Position numbers and translations under genes: made by a program. The notes under the pieces were generated by a model. It worked only from the letters and a program-made list of their open reading frames with translations, did no database searches and was not told the origin of the DNA. Below, piece after piece: positions 1-9,767 of a DNA stretch of 32,000 nucleotides. The DNA is taken from positions 2,250,001 to 2,282,000 of the forward strand of contig NZ_CP011041.1 in assembly GCF_002310835.1 (NCBI RefSeq), written 5' to 3'. Every line of letters starts with the position of its first letter. Within the stretch, counting starts at the first letter, position 1. Source of the stretch: Pseudoalteromonas tetraodonis. GTDB taxonomy: Bacteria > Pseudomonadota > Gammaproteobacteria > Enterobacterales > Alteromonadaceae.

Positions 1-1725
1 GAAGCTGCCTTTATAATCAAAAAGTTTATCTGCTACTTTCCAGCCATATTTCTTACTTTTTCGCGCAATCACAAAATCCGGTGGTATTAAATCAAACTGC
101 GCTTTTATAACTTGCTCTGCACTGGTAAATTCAATGGGGGATTGGCCCAGACTTACACGCTTACCAAACTGCTGATGAAAGTAATACCGAGCACCTTTGT
201 TTGATAAATCAAAAATTTCATCACAACTGGCTCCGTCTTCATCAAAATAAGTAATTTTTAACAATTGCTCTTTAAGTTTTACCACACTCAAGCCGCTACA
301 ACGTAGGACTAATGCATCTTTAAGGTTTAACGCATTGCGCAGCTTATCATCTGGGTCGGCCATCACAGCATTACAATCATGGCATTTTCGAGCAGCTATA
401 TCATTTTGTGCGCCGCACTGCTCACACTCTTTAAAACGAAAGCGGTAATCGCATTGCTCGCTTAAACCGTTATCATCTTCTAGCAAACCTTTACAACGCC
501 TGCCGAAGTGCTCGATTACTTTGCCATCAGCATCTGTTTTGCCCCAAAATATATTGGCAAAGCCACACCCAGGACACAGCACTTGCACGGGTTCATTATC
601 GCTATCGCCTTTTTTATCTCCCACTTCTGGGTAGAATAAATCAAAGCCATTGCCCGCATAGTCAATCACTAAACAATCATCTTTACCCTCAGCCAACCTC
701 AAGCCTCTACCGACAATTTGCTGGTATAAACTTACCGACTCTGTGGGCCGTAAAATAGCAATAAAATCAACATGGGGGGCATCAAAGCCGGTAGTAAGAA
801 CCGATATATTCACTAAATACTTTAATTTTTTAGCTTTAAATTGTTTAATTATTTTATCGCGTTCGCTATTTGGCGTATCCCCCGTGATCAGCGCACTGTG
901 ATCCTCTGGTAGATAAGTCATTATCTCTTGTGCATGCATAACCGTAGCTGCAAAAATCATCACGCCGTAACGATTTTCACTGTATTGTATAACCTGTTGT
1001 AAAATTGTTTGAGTTGCACGGGTCGATTTTTTTAACAGCGCATTCATATCCTCATTGCTATATTGCCCAAATGCATTGCTAGTTAAAGATGAAAAATCAT
1101 AATGGCTAATTGCAGCATCAACCTCTTTAGGGGGCGTTAAATAGTTATGCTTGATCATATAGCGCAAAGGTAATTCAAAAATACAGTGTTTGAATGGACT
1201 CTCTTTATTGCCTCTTACAAACCCATGGTAATGATGCTGATAAATCCAGCCTAACCCAAGGCGGTAAGGCGTTGCTGTTAAGCCTAATACTTTTAATTCA
1301 GGGTTGTGAAATTTAAGTGCATTAATAACCTTACCGTATTGGCTTTTCTTTTCGCCATTTACTCTGTGACACTCATCAATAATAAGTAGTGAGTAGTGCT
1401 CATTAAGTTTGTCTAAATTACGTGATAACGACTGCACACTCGCAAAAGTGACCTGATGGGTTAACGACTTCTCTTTTAATCCTGCGGAAAATATACTCGC
1501 CTCAAGACCAAAGCTTTTATACTTTTGAGCATTTTGCTCAACTAATTCTTTTACGTGCGCCAACACCAATATTTTTTGTTTAGCAATACGCGCAAGCTCA
1601 GCTATCACTAAACTTTTACCCGCACCTGTAGGCAGCACAATGACAGCAGGATCATTGGTTTTTCTAAAGTGTAAAACGGTGCGTTCAACCGCCTCTTGCT
1701 GATAGGGTCTAAGGGTGTAGGTCAT
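1..1725 (-). CDS. radD: ATP-dependent DNA repair helicase RadD (YejH family). Partial: the C-terminal few residues run off the window start.
   Basis: Absent from the ORF track because the frame has no stop inside the window. The reverse complement of 1..1725 is an uninterrupted 575-codon frame from ATG (1725-1723): [45 protein letters not shown]... I checked the frame by hand at three places. SF2 helicase motifs are present: I (LPTGAGKS), II (DECH), III (LTATP), VI (QQIVGRGLR). The C-terminus has Cys-rich zinc-ribbon segments (CPGCGF..; [12 protein letters not shown]). The N-terminus closely matches my recollection of E. coli RadD. Confidence 0.85.
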   Translation of the reverse strand, partial: MTYTLRPYQQEAVERTVLHFRKTNDPAVIVLPTGAGKSLVIAELARIAKQKILVLAHVKELVEQNAQKYKSFGLEASIFSAGLKEKSLTHQVTFASVQSLSRNLDKLNEHYSLLIIDECHRVNGEKKSQYGKVINALKFHNPELKVLGLTATPYRLGLGWIYQHHYHGFVRGNKESPFKHCIFELPLRYMIKHNYLTPPKEVDAAISHYDFSSLTSNAFGQYSNEDMNALLKKSTRATQTILQQVIQYSENRYGVMIFAATVMHAQEIMTYLPEDHSALITGDTPNSERDKIIKQFKAKKLKYLVNISVLTTGFDAPHVDFIAILRPTESVSLYQQIVGRGLRLAEGKDDCLVIDYAGNGFDLFYPEVGDKKGDSDNEPVQVLCPGCGFANIFWGKTDADGKVIEHFGRRCKGLLEDDNGLSEQCDYRFRFKECEQCGAQNDIAARKCHDCNAVMADPDDKLRNALNLKDALVLRCSGLSVVKLKEQLLKITYFDEDGASCDEIFDLSNKGARYYFHQQFGKRVSLGQSPIEFTSAEQVIKAQFDLIPPDFVIARKSKKYGWKVADKLFDYKGSF

Positions 1726-1865
1726 CAAAGGTAAGAATTCTTAATCTAATTAATGGTTATGTTTTAGGAAGACAGCTTTATTTCACATTTGTTTAAATAA
1801 TTTATATTCATAAACTAATATTCAAACTGTTTATAAATTTAGAGAACTATATTATGTATAAATAT

Positions 1866-1899
1866 AAAAAAATACCCTTAATCAAAATGATTAAGGGTA
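1866..1899 (-). terminator. Rho-independent terminator downstream of the TonB-dependent receptor gene
   Basis: An 11-bp perfect stem (taccctta atc at 1873-1883 pairs with gattaagggta at 1889-1899) has a 5-nt loop. On the minus strand it is followed by a T7 run (plus-strand A7 at 1866-1872). It lies 79 bp past the receptor stop codon. Confidence 0.75.
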
Positions 1900-1977
1900 T
1901 TTAATTACATACTTAACTTATCTGCAATTCTAAGAAACTCTATTAGTATAAAAATATTATATTAATAGGTAATAGCT

Positions 1978-4869
1978 TTAAAATTTGTAAGTAGCTTGTA
2001 GGTAGGCAAATCGACCAATATTATCGTAAATCGCTGAGCCTGCACCTGTGCCAGTCGTACTTCCTGGTAAGCCACGATTGAATAAGTTATCAACACCTAA
2101 CTTAAAGCCAACACCACTGTCAAAGTTATAAGCGACTGAAGCATCAGTTATAAAATATGAACCGTAACGCATTTCATTTGACGGGTTAGGGTTTGCTTCT
2201 ATTTGTGTAGGATTGTATAACTCAACACCGTTAATAAAGCGTGTGCTAAAATCTACAACCAGGTTTTCATAAGTATAATCAACAGAAATACTACCCTGCC
2301 ATGTTTCATTACCTAATACACCTTCATAGTCTGTGTAATTTTCAGGCTCAGCTGAGAAAGGATAATCCTTTGCTTCAATCAAATAAGTACCAATAAAGCT
2401 AGTACCAAAACTACCACCTAGAGCATCAAAATCATAACCCACCTCAAAATCTACACCAGAATTAAGACTGCGTGCGATATTAAGTGCAAAACCTTTTAAT
2501 AAGGTAATTTCACTTGTATTTGGATCACGAGTTATAAGACCACAGAATTGATTGTCAATACCAGTTGGTGAATCTACACAACGGTCTATGATAGTTTGAA
2601 ACCCAATACCACTAATTGTGTCATCAATATCAATTTCCCAGTAATCGGCTGTTACACTAAAGCCTTCTAACCATTCTGGCTGGTAAACAATACCTGCCGT
2701 AATTGATCTAGATTCTTCTGGCTGTAGGTCTGGATTACCACCAACTAAAGTCTCAAGCGTTGCGCTATCATAACTTGAGTCAAAATCAGCAGGTACACCA
2801 AGCGCTGCACAGTTAGCTGCACGAATAGCTCGGCCTGCATCACTCAACTGATCAAGCTCAGATACTTTACATTTATCATCTACATTGGCAAATGACTGAC
2901 TTTGTCCAGAAAAGAGTTCATCAATGTTTGGCGCACGCATCGCTTCAGATACTGTAAAACGAGCACGTAATTCAGGCGTAATAGTCCAATCTAAGCCTAA
3001 TTTCCAGCTTGTAGCATCACCTATAGTTGAATAATCAGCATAACGTACAGCTGTGTCAAACACTAAAGTATCGATTAAGAATACATCTTCAATTAATGGT
3101 ACTGATAGTTCAAAAAACGCTTCTGTTACATCATAACCACCATCCGTTTCACCAAGTGCATTAAAGAATGTAGCCCCTGTTTTAGCAAAAGCATCTTCAA
3201 TCGTCACACTTGTTTCATCACGGTACTCAACACCACCAGCAAAACCAACCATACCCGCTGGTAGTTCATAAATTGCCGAATTACTAAATGTTGCATTGAA
3301 TACAGTTTGCTTGATTTCTGATGTACCAATTGATGTTGTTGTCACATAGTCAATTGCTTCTTGGCTAATTGCGCCGTCACCCATAATATTTGCTGCAACA
3401 CAACCATCTGCACGAGCAGTTTCACTACGACAAACGATATTGCCACTGTCATCAAACACAGCATCAATAGCGTTAGCATAATTAGCCAAAATAACATTTG
3501 CGCCATTAATACGTTCTATCTCTGACTTACCATGAACTAAAGAGATATCCATAGACCAATCATCAGTAATATAGCCTTGGATACCTGCTACAAACCGAGT
3601 TGTTTCACGAGTATTTTCTTCTAAACGGCGACCAACATCGTTGTACATTTTGTTTACACCGATCATTGATAGCCCTTCTTCATCCATCAATGCTGCAGTG
3701 TCAGCTGATAAAAATGCATTATCTCGCTGTATCATATTTGCGCCACTAAAGAAGCGGAAGAAAGGTTGGCCTATATTTTCACCTTCTGTTTTAGAATATT
3801 TAGCTTGAAAATATGCGTTTAATTCATCTGTTACGTCATAATTCGTTTTAAAGTTAAAATTAACGCGATCAAACTTAGGTTGTATTTCTGAATATTGGCG
3901 TAAGTTAATGAAATCACAACCAGCGCTTCCACAGAATTGGCCATCATCAATAGCACCTGTATAAACATCGTTTAATGAGCTATCACCATTAAATTTACCT
4001 AAAATACCACCTGTATTTGGATTCCAAACAGTTCCTTGATTTGAAATTAAATAATAACCAGCATTAGGGACTACTATTCTATCCGGATAAGCTTCGCTAT
4101 CAATTTGACCTTCTGGGCGAGATTGACCTGTCACAACATCATATGGCATGGATGCATACGATGTTGCAGTCCAAGGGTTGTCTAAAGCATTCAATGAGTT
4201 TTGTGTATTATATTCTACAGAGAATGCAGCATTACCACGCCCTTCAGCAAAATCTTTACCGTAAGAAAAAGTATATTTTTCATTTTGATAAGAACTATTA
4301 TCTGCAAAACCTTTCGTTGCAGATACATTAAAACCAGTAATATCTTTCTTTAATATGAAGTTAACTACACCCGTTACCGCATCGGCACCATATACCGCAG
4401 ACGCACCACCAGTAATAATCTCAACTTTTTCAATCCAAGAGCTTGGAATGGTATTCGTATCAACAGAAGATGTTCCTGGGGCACTAGAAACATGACGTTT
4501 ACCGTCAACTAGTACTAATGTACGTTCACTGCCCATACCACGTAAATCTAATAAACTGATACCAGCAGTACCGATAAAACGGCCTGAGTTTGCAAGTGAA
4601 TAGGTAGTTGCTAAGGCTGGTAGTTTGTTTAGTACTTCACCGATATTCAAAGCACCAGTGCTAACTAAGTCTTCGCCCGTAATTACGGTTACCGGCGATG
4701 GTGAAATAGCGCCTTCACGTAATATACGTGAACCTGTTACTTCAATGCGTTCTACTTTTTCTGCATTTTCTTCTTCTGCAGCAAATGAACTTGCTGAGAA
4801 AGCAGCTGTAGAAGCTGCACCAAAAGCTATCGCTAAACGAACAGCTTTTGAAACTTTGTTATTTAACAT
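1978..4869 (-). CDS. TonB-dependent outer membrane receptor (substrate unknown)
   Basis: 963 aa. It has a signal peptide (..AFSASSFAAEE) and plug-domain motifs (IEVTGSRI, DLRGMGSERTLVLVDGKR, GGASAVYGADAVTGVVNFILKK). A long beta-barrel region ends in the typical aromatic terminus ..ATYKF. A GGAGA RBS lies 5 nt before the ATG. Confidence 0.9.
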   Translation of the reverse strand: MLNNKVSKAVRLAIAFGAASTAAFSASSFAAEEENAEKVERIEVTGSRILREGAISPSPVTVITGEDLVSTGALNIGEVLNKLPALATTYSLANSGRFIGTAGISLLDLRGMGSERTLVLVDGKRHVSSAPGTSSVDTNTIPSSWIEKVEIITGGASAVYGADAVTGVVNFILKKDITGFNVSATKGFADNSSYQNEKYTFSYGKDFAEGRGNAAFSVEYNTQNSLNALDNPWTATSYASMPYDVVTGQSRPEGQIDSEAYPDRIVVPNAGYYLISNQGTVWNPNTGGILGKFNGDSSLNDVYTGAIDDGQFCGSAGCDFINLRQYSEIQPKFDRVNFNFKTNYDVTDELNAYFQAKYSKTEGENIGQPFFRFFSGANMIQRDNAFLSADTAALMDEEGLSMIGVNKMYNDVGRRLEENTRETTRFVAGIQGYITDDWSMDISLVHGKSEIERINGANVILANYANAIDAVFDDSGNIVCRSETARADGCVAANIMGDGAISQEAIDYVTTTSIGTSEIKQTVFNATFSNSAIYELPAGMVGFAGGVEYRDETSVTIEDAFAKTGATFFNALGETDGGYDVTEAFFELSVPLIEDVFLIDTLVFDTAVRYADYSTIGDATSWKLGLDWTITPELRARFTVSEAMRAPNIDELFSGQSQSFANVDDKCKVSELDQLSDAGRAIRAANCAALGVPADFDSSYDSATLETLVGGNPDLQPEESRSITAGIVYQPEWLEGFSVTADYWEIDIDDTISGIGFQTIIDRCVDSPTGIDNQFCGLITRDPNTSEITLLKGFALNIARSLNSGVDFEVGYDFDALGGSFGTSFIGTYLIEAKDYPFSAEPENYTDYEGVLGNETWQGSISVDYTYENLVVDFSTRFINGVELYNPTQIEANPNPSNEMRYGSYFITDASVAYNFDSGVGFKLGVDNLFNRGLPGSTTGTGAGSAIYDNIGRFAYLQATYKF

Positions 4870-4908
4870 TTGATTCTCCCTAGAATACTATTTGTTTTTG
4901 TATTTTTT

Positions 4909-4939
4909 TGATCACACCTTGTTAATTAATTTGTGATCA
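4909..4939. repeat. 8-bp inverted repeat (TGATCACA-N15-TGTGATCA) with a GATC in each arm, in the receptor upstream region
   Basis: Read directly: tgatcaca at 4909-4916 and tgtgatca at 4932-4939. It lies 40-70 bp upstream of the receptor start codon (4869, minus strand). Function unknown. Confidence 0.5.
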
Positions 4940-5285
4940 CGCTTCAGATGATAATACTTCAAACACAAGGCGGTCAACATTAAATTAACTTTAAAAGCAC
5001 TTTGCATGACTTTTCATTATCATTTTTGGCGGTATTTTATTAGTTTTTTAAATTAATTTATGGATACGATTTAGAAACAAACTTGATAATTAGAAACAAC
5101 ATCATGGTAAACAATTGATTTTTATGAGTTTTAATAAATGATTTTTTAAATTACGCTTTGTATTCTTTTTAGATAAAATTGTAACCAAGGCCACAATTGT
5201 TAATTTACCTTTAAATTTTTTATTCACCTTTGAAGTTTATAGGCGAATAATTAACTATAAAAGACTTTTTAAGCTCATAGTTAAG

Positions 5286-7631
5286 CTAAAACAACGAGGC
5301 TTGTGTAGATTCAGATGCTGTGTTTAATGCGCTTAATATCATTTGCGCAACAGGGTCGAGCTGTCTTTGAATGTACAGTGGGTAGTTCAGAGTGTTTTTA
5401 CCGCTATAAAGCTCAGCGCCGGTTACTGCGTAAACATATTCAATCACTTGCCCGCGTTTTATTTCAAACTCAGGATGATTCGCTTTGTATTTTTTAACAG
5501 CTTGAACATGAGGAGGAATATTTTTGATGTAATCGTTAAGGTGCTGCCCTAACCGCTTTCTATATACTAATTTACGGTCGAACTCACCATTATAAAGTTT
5601 TTGAGTGTAGCTATTTATAATATCGTGCAGTTGCTGTATTTCGAAGTTGTCAGTAAATAACGTCTCAAATAATTGTGTTTGAAACTCTTGTGCAAACTCA
5701 GTCCAGTCACTACGTACCGTTTCCATACCTTTAAATACCAGTTTTTTTTCATTATTTTTGGTTACTAGCCCTACATATCGCTTTTTAGAGCCTGTTTTTT
5801 TACCTCGTATAGTTGGCATAAAAAACGGACTGTAATGAGTTTCAAATTCAATTTCTAAATAACTATGTAAATCATAGCGTTGTTTTAAATCAGCTTGCCA
5901 CATGGTATTAATATGATGAACAAGTTGGCAGCCAATTTCGTTGCATTGCTCAGGGCTTTTATCTTCACAAAGTTTTACAAACGTAGAGTCGGTATCACCA
6001 TATATCACCTCAAAGCCTTGCGCTTCTATCCATTTACGGGTTGTTTGCATTATCTCATGGCCACGTAACGTGATAGAACTCGATAAGCGCGGGTCGTAAA
6101 ACCGACAACCCTTAGAGCCGAGTACGCCATATAAACTATTCATAATAATTTTAATCGCTTGTGAGAGCATAGGTTGATTAGTGTCTTTTGCCTCTTGGCG
6201 AGTTTGTGTCAGGTGTGCAATTAATTTGGGTAGATGGTGCTGCGTTCTTGAGAATAACGCCTGATTAAACCCTTCAACCGCTTGCTCTGGTGCATTTAAC
6301 CCTGCGATTAAACCTAGTGGGTCAATACAAAACGTACGCATAATTGAAGGGTATAAGCTTTTAAAATCCAATACCAAAACGTTTTTATACAGCCCTGGAG
6401 TCGACTCCATCACATAGCCACCTGGGCTCTCAAATGAGAGCCCATGATCGCCTAAATTGGGGGCAACATAACCACTGCGGTGTAATAACGGTAAGTATAA
6501 GTTTGTAAATGCGGCAACCGAGCCACCCATGCGTTCCAGTTCGAGCCCTGTTATTTGGGTTCTGACAATGGCAAATTCAAATAGCTTTAATTTTTCGAAA
6601 ATTTGATTAACCAAAATACAATCTTGACGATTATAAGCCGCTAGAGAAAGCTTATCTTCGTTAAATTGACGAACAATTTCAGTTAGTCGGTTGTCGGTTT
6701 TTATTAATTTAGATTCGTTAAGCACACGCTCTGCAACATTGGCTAATGAAAAGCTGTCAAATCGGTAAGTGGCATTTTTTAATGTATCAATGCCATCAAT
6801 GACGCACCGCCCAGGAAGCGTTAATCGGGTGTAATGACCCTTATTAATATATAAAGGTTGATTATCTCGGCCAAAGTTTAGAGTAAGTCCTAACGCCTCT
6901 GCGCGTTCTTGCAATAAACTAAAGTCAAAATCAATAACATTCCAACCAATAATAACATCAGGATCGTTATTTATAATGTACTGCTGCAACTTGGTAAGCA
7001 GGTTAATTTCGTCATAGCACCAGTCTATTTCAAATGTCGAATCACTTTGCTGCGGCTCCCCTATCATCAATACACAATCTAAGCCATTTCCCACAAGTGC
7101 TACACTAAATAACACCCCATCGCCATTACATTCTATATCCAAAGAAATAGATGTAAGCGTTGGCGTGTAATCTTTGTTTGCTTTTAACTTTGCGTCACTA
7201 ATTTCAATAAAGCCATTTTTAGTTGTGGCGTTACCCGTTACCCACACACCTCCTTTAATAAAGCGCTCCATTAAAAAGCGGTCACTGTGGCGTACATCGG
7301 CTTCGTAAATAGGCATTGCTTGCTCTAAAAGAGCGCGTGCAGTATATAAACTTTTTATATCGTTAAAGTAACAGGCAACACATTCGTTGCCACTAAAATG
7401 ACACAACTCAACCTTATTAAACTGCGCTTTTATATTTGCCTGTGCGAGTAAAGTATTTGCAGTATGTTGCGCTGACAATGGGATGAAAAACACTGCCTGC
7501 TGGTTTTCAATAATAACTTTAAGTGGGCCATGATCAGAGCTTAGCCAATAACACAAAGTAATACCTTGCGTATTTTTAGCGCTGTATTGTTGCCTTGATA
7601 AAATAAAGCCCTGATAGATTGCTTGTGTCAA
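5286..7631 (-). CDS. polB: DNA polymerase II (family B polymerase)
   Basis: Collinear similarity to E. coli PolB as I recall it. Motifs include Exo I (SLDIECNG), Exo II (DPDVIIGWNVIDFDF), Pol A (LDFKSLYPSI), Pol C (IYGDTDS) and KKRY. I moved the start to TTG 7631 (MTQAIYQGFILSRQQ aligns with E. coli MAQAGFILTRHW). The track start (GTG 7691 / ATG 7688) adds 20 non-homologous residues and abuts the dinG ATG. Confidence 0.88.
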   Translation of the reverse strand: MTQAIYQGFILSRQQYSAKNTQGITLCYWLSSDHGPLKVIIENQQAVFFIPLSAQHTANTLLAQANIKAQFNKVELCHFSGNECVACYFNDIKSLYTARALLEQAMPIYEADVRHSDRFLMERFIKGGVWVTGNATTKNGFIEISDAKLKANKDYTPTLTSISLDIECNGDGVLFSVALVGNGLDCVLMIGEPQQSDSTFEIDWCYDEINLLTKLQQYIINNDPDVIIGWNVIDFDFSLLQERAEALGLTLNFGRDNQPLYINKGHYTRLTLPGRCVIDGIDTLKNATYRFDSFSLANVAERVLNESKLIKTDNRLTEIVRQFNEDKLSLAAYNRQDCILVNQIFEKLKLFEFAIVRTQITGLELERMGGSVAAFTNLYLPLLHRSGYVAPNLGDHGLSFESPGGYVMESTPGLYKNVLVLDFKSLYPSIMRTFCIDPLGLIAGLNAPEQAVEGFNQALFSRTQHHLPKLIAHLTQTRQEAKDTNQPMLSQAIKIIMNSLYGVLGSKGCRFYDPRLSSSITLRGHEIMQTTRKWIEAQGFEVIYGDTDSTFVKLCEDKSPEQCNEIGCQLVHHINTMWQADLKQRYDLHSYLEIEFETHYSPFFMPTIRGKKTGSKKRYVGLVTKNNEKKLVFKGMETVRSDWTEFAQEFQTQLFETLFTDNFEIQQLHDIINSYTQKLYNGEFDRKLVYRKRLGQHLNDYIKNIPPHVQAVKKYKANHPEFEIKRGQVIEYVYAVTGAELYSGKNTLNYPLYIQRQLDPVAQMILSALNTASESTQASLF

Positions 7632-7654
7632 TGTTCGATCCCACTTAATATATA

Positions 7655-7674
7655 CACTGTAATTATATACATAT
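7655..7674. promoter_or_regulatory. Candidate LexA (SOS) box shared by divergent polB and dinG
   Basis: cACTGTaattatatACATat matches 14/20 to TACTGTATATATATACAGTA. One half-site is perfect (CTGT) and the other is degenerate (ACAT instead of ACAG). It overlaps a minus-strand TATAAT (7667-7662) that could serve as the polB -10. Both genes are SOS-regulated (din) genes in E. coli. Confidence 0.4.
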
Positions 7675-7691
7675 TTTAGGTTAATCATCAC

Positions 7692-9767
7692 ATGCTATCG
7701 AGCTCACTTAAAAAAACAATTAGACAAGTACACCAGCATGTTGCAAATAACCTAACCGATTACCGCCCTCGCAGTAGTCAAAACTATTTAGTTGCTGAAA
7801 TAGCAAAAACATTAGCCGGTGAATACCATAAAAAACAACGTATTTGTGTTATTGAAGCAGGCACAGGCACCGGAAAGTCATTAGCTTACTGCCTAGGCGC
7901 TCTGCCTCTGGCATTAGCACAAAAAAAGAAACTGGTTATTTCTACGGCTACTGTGGCTTTGCAAGAGCAGTTAATCGCTAAAGAACTGCCGTTTTTTAAA
8001 AAGCACTCAGGACTCGATTTTAAATTTGATTTAGTCAAAGGTCGCCAACGTTATATTTGTGCACACAAACTTCATAATGCACTAAACAGCGATAGCCAAA
8101 CTCAAATGGAGTTTATGCCTACCCTTACATCGCCATTAAGCGATATGGAAACTAAGTGCTTAAAGCAACTTTACGATGCCTATATCAATAAAAAATGGCA
8201 AGGTGATAGAGACAGCTGGGCCGATACCATTCCTGATAGAGTATGGGGGCTCATTGCTTGCGATAAGCATGCTTGCCAACGCCAGATGAAAGCACACCAA
8301 ACATGTCCTTTTCAACTCGCCCGCCAGCAGTTAATGCAAATGGATGTATTGGTTATAAACCATTCGTTACTGTTAGCCGATTTAGACTTAGGGGGCGGAA
8401 AAATTTTACCCGAACCCGACAACACCATTTATGTAATCGATGAAGCGCACCACCTTGCACATATTACCCGCGACTTTTCATCTGCTGCAGCTACGATAAA
8501 AGGCACGATAGATTGGCTCGACAAACTTACTAAATTCAGTGGCAAAATGGCCAAAGTGTTAGTGGGTCAAAAAGGCATTGGGCAAAACTTTAAGTTATGC
8601 GATAGCGTTAACGATGCCAACAAAGATTTAAAAGTGGTGCGCGATATACTCGACAACGCCGATTTTGAATATTCAAAAGACGATACCTATCGCTTTGAAC
8701 ATGGTGAAATTCCTAAATCGTTACACGCAAAAGCAAAAGACATTAGCGAAGCCACGCTTGATGCATTACGGTGTTTAAATAAGATGCACGATACCCTCAC
8801 ACAAGATGTAAGCGACGGTGATATTAAACCTTATGTTGCCGACCCCATTCTGGCTGAAAGTGGGCAATACATAAACCGGTTAGAACAACTTAATAAATTA
8901 TGGTTTAGTTACGCTACTAAAGGCGAAGGCACACCGCATGCGCGATGGATAAAACGACTTGAATATAAAAGCCATCATGATCACCTGCTTAGCGACTGCC
9001 CTATTGAAGTCGGTTACTATTTAAAAGATAAGCTATGGAACGAATGTGCTGGAGCCGTGTTATGTTCAGCTACCTTGAGCGCACTCGGTTCATTTGATCA
9101 TTTTGCCTATGAAAGCGGCCTTGCCAAAGAGGAAGGGGTGAAATTTATTAAAGTCCCCTCTCCGTTTGACTACCCAAAACAAGCCACTTTACGCATTCCG
9201 GCCTCAAGTATAGAGCCAACAGATAAAGAGTTTAGCGATCATATTGCTAAAACATTACCCGAGTATCTAAACACTAAAAAAGCCAACTTAGTGTTATTTG
9301 CCTCTTACTGGCAAATGGACCATGTAAGTAAGTTTCTTAGAACAAAAGGATTTAACTTATTAGTACAAGGTGAAATGTCGCGAGAAGCTTTACTCAAATT
9401 ACATACTAAAAATATTGATGAAGGCAAAGGCAGTATTTTATTTGGTACCCAAAGTCTTTCTGAAGGGCTTGATTTACCTGGAAAATATTTAGAAAACCTG
9501 ATTATTACCAAAATTCCGTTTGCGGTGCCCACCTCGCCAATAGAAGAAGCACAAGCGGAGTTTGTGCAAAGTAAAGGGGGGAATCCGTTTTTATCGATAA
9601 CCGTCCCAGACGCAGCAAAGAAATTGGTACAAAGCTGTGGTAGACTGCTGCGCAAAGAAAGTGATGCAGGCACAATAACTATTTTAGATAGACGCCTAGT
9701 CACCAAACGATATGGCAAAGCCATGCTTGACACCTTACCACCTTTTAAAAGACAAATAGATTACTGA
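7692..9767 (+). CDS. dinG: ATP-dependent DNA helicase DinG (XPD-like, Fe-S cluster)
   Basis: 691 aa. The N-terminus aligns with E. coli DinG (..AEIAKTLAGE..). It carries Walker A (EAGTGTGKS), a DEAH box (VIDEAHHL), a four-Cys Fe-S region (YICAHK..ACDKHACQRQMKAHQTCPF) and C-terminal helicase motifs (SLSEGLDLPG, QSCGRLLR). Confidence 0.92.
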   Translation: MLSSSLKKTIRQVHQHVANNLTDYRPRSSQNYLVAEIAKTLAGEYHKKQRICVIEAGTGTGKSLAYCLGALPLALAQKKKLVISTATVALQEQLIAKELPFFKKHSGLDFKFDLVKGRQRYICAHKLHNALNSDSQTQMEFMPTLTSPLSDMETKCLKQLYDAYINKKWQGDRDSWADTIPDRVWGLIACDKHACQRQMKAHQTCPFQLARQQLMQMDVLVINHSLLLADLDLGGGKILPEPDNTIYVIDEAHHLAHITRDFSSAAATIKGTIDWLDKLTKFSGKMAKVLVGQKGIGQNFKLCDSVNDANKDLKVVRDILDNADFEYSKDDTYRFEHGEIPKSLHAKAKDISEATLDALRCLNKMHDTLTQDVSDGDIKPYVADPILAESGQYINRLEQLNKLWFSYATKGEGTPHARWIKRLEYKSHHDHLLSDCPIEVGYYLKDKLWNECAGAVLCSATLSALGSFDHFAYESGLAKEEGVKFIKVPSPFDYPKQATLRIPASSIEPTDKEFSDHIAKTLPEYLNTKKANLVLFASYWQMDHVSKFLRTKGFNLLVQGEMSREALLKLHTKNIDEGKGSILFGTQSLSEGLDLPGKYLENLIITKIPFAVPTSPIEEAQAEFVQSKGGNPFLSITVPDAAKKLVQSCGRLLRKESDAGTITILDRRLVTKRYGKAMLDTLPPFKRQIDY

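Noticed and set aside
1726-1800. Possible LexA box upstream of radD (actgtttataaatttag)
   Set aside because: A CTGT half-site is present, but the partner half reads TTAG rather than ACAG, so it is not credible.
4143-4873. Plus-strand ORFs 4143-4331 and 4625-4873
   Set aside because: They are antisense to the TonB-dependent receptor gene and are shadow ORFs.
5008-5026. Fur-box-like sequence gacttttcattatcatttt upstream of the TonB receptor
   Set aside because: It matches only about 13/19 to GATAATGATAATCATTATC in a very AT-rich region, and it lies about 140 bp from the start codon. I cannot separate it from background without a matrix score.
7632-7691. N-terminal 20-codon extension of polB (GTG 7691 / ATG 7688)
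   Set aside because: The extension is non-homologous and AT-rich. It would leave no intergenic space before dinG and would contain the predicted polB -10 and LexA-like box. TTG 7631 aligns with the E. coli PolB N-terminus.
9305-9733. 142-aa minus-strand ORF
   Set aside because: It lies entirely inside dinG on the opposite strand. It has no recognisable motifs, while dinG homology is continuous across it.
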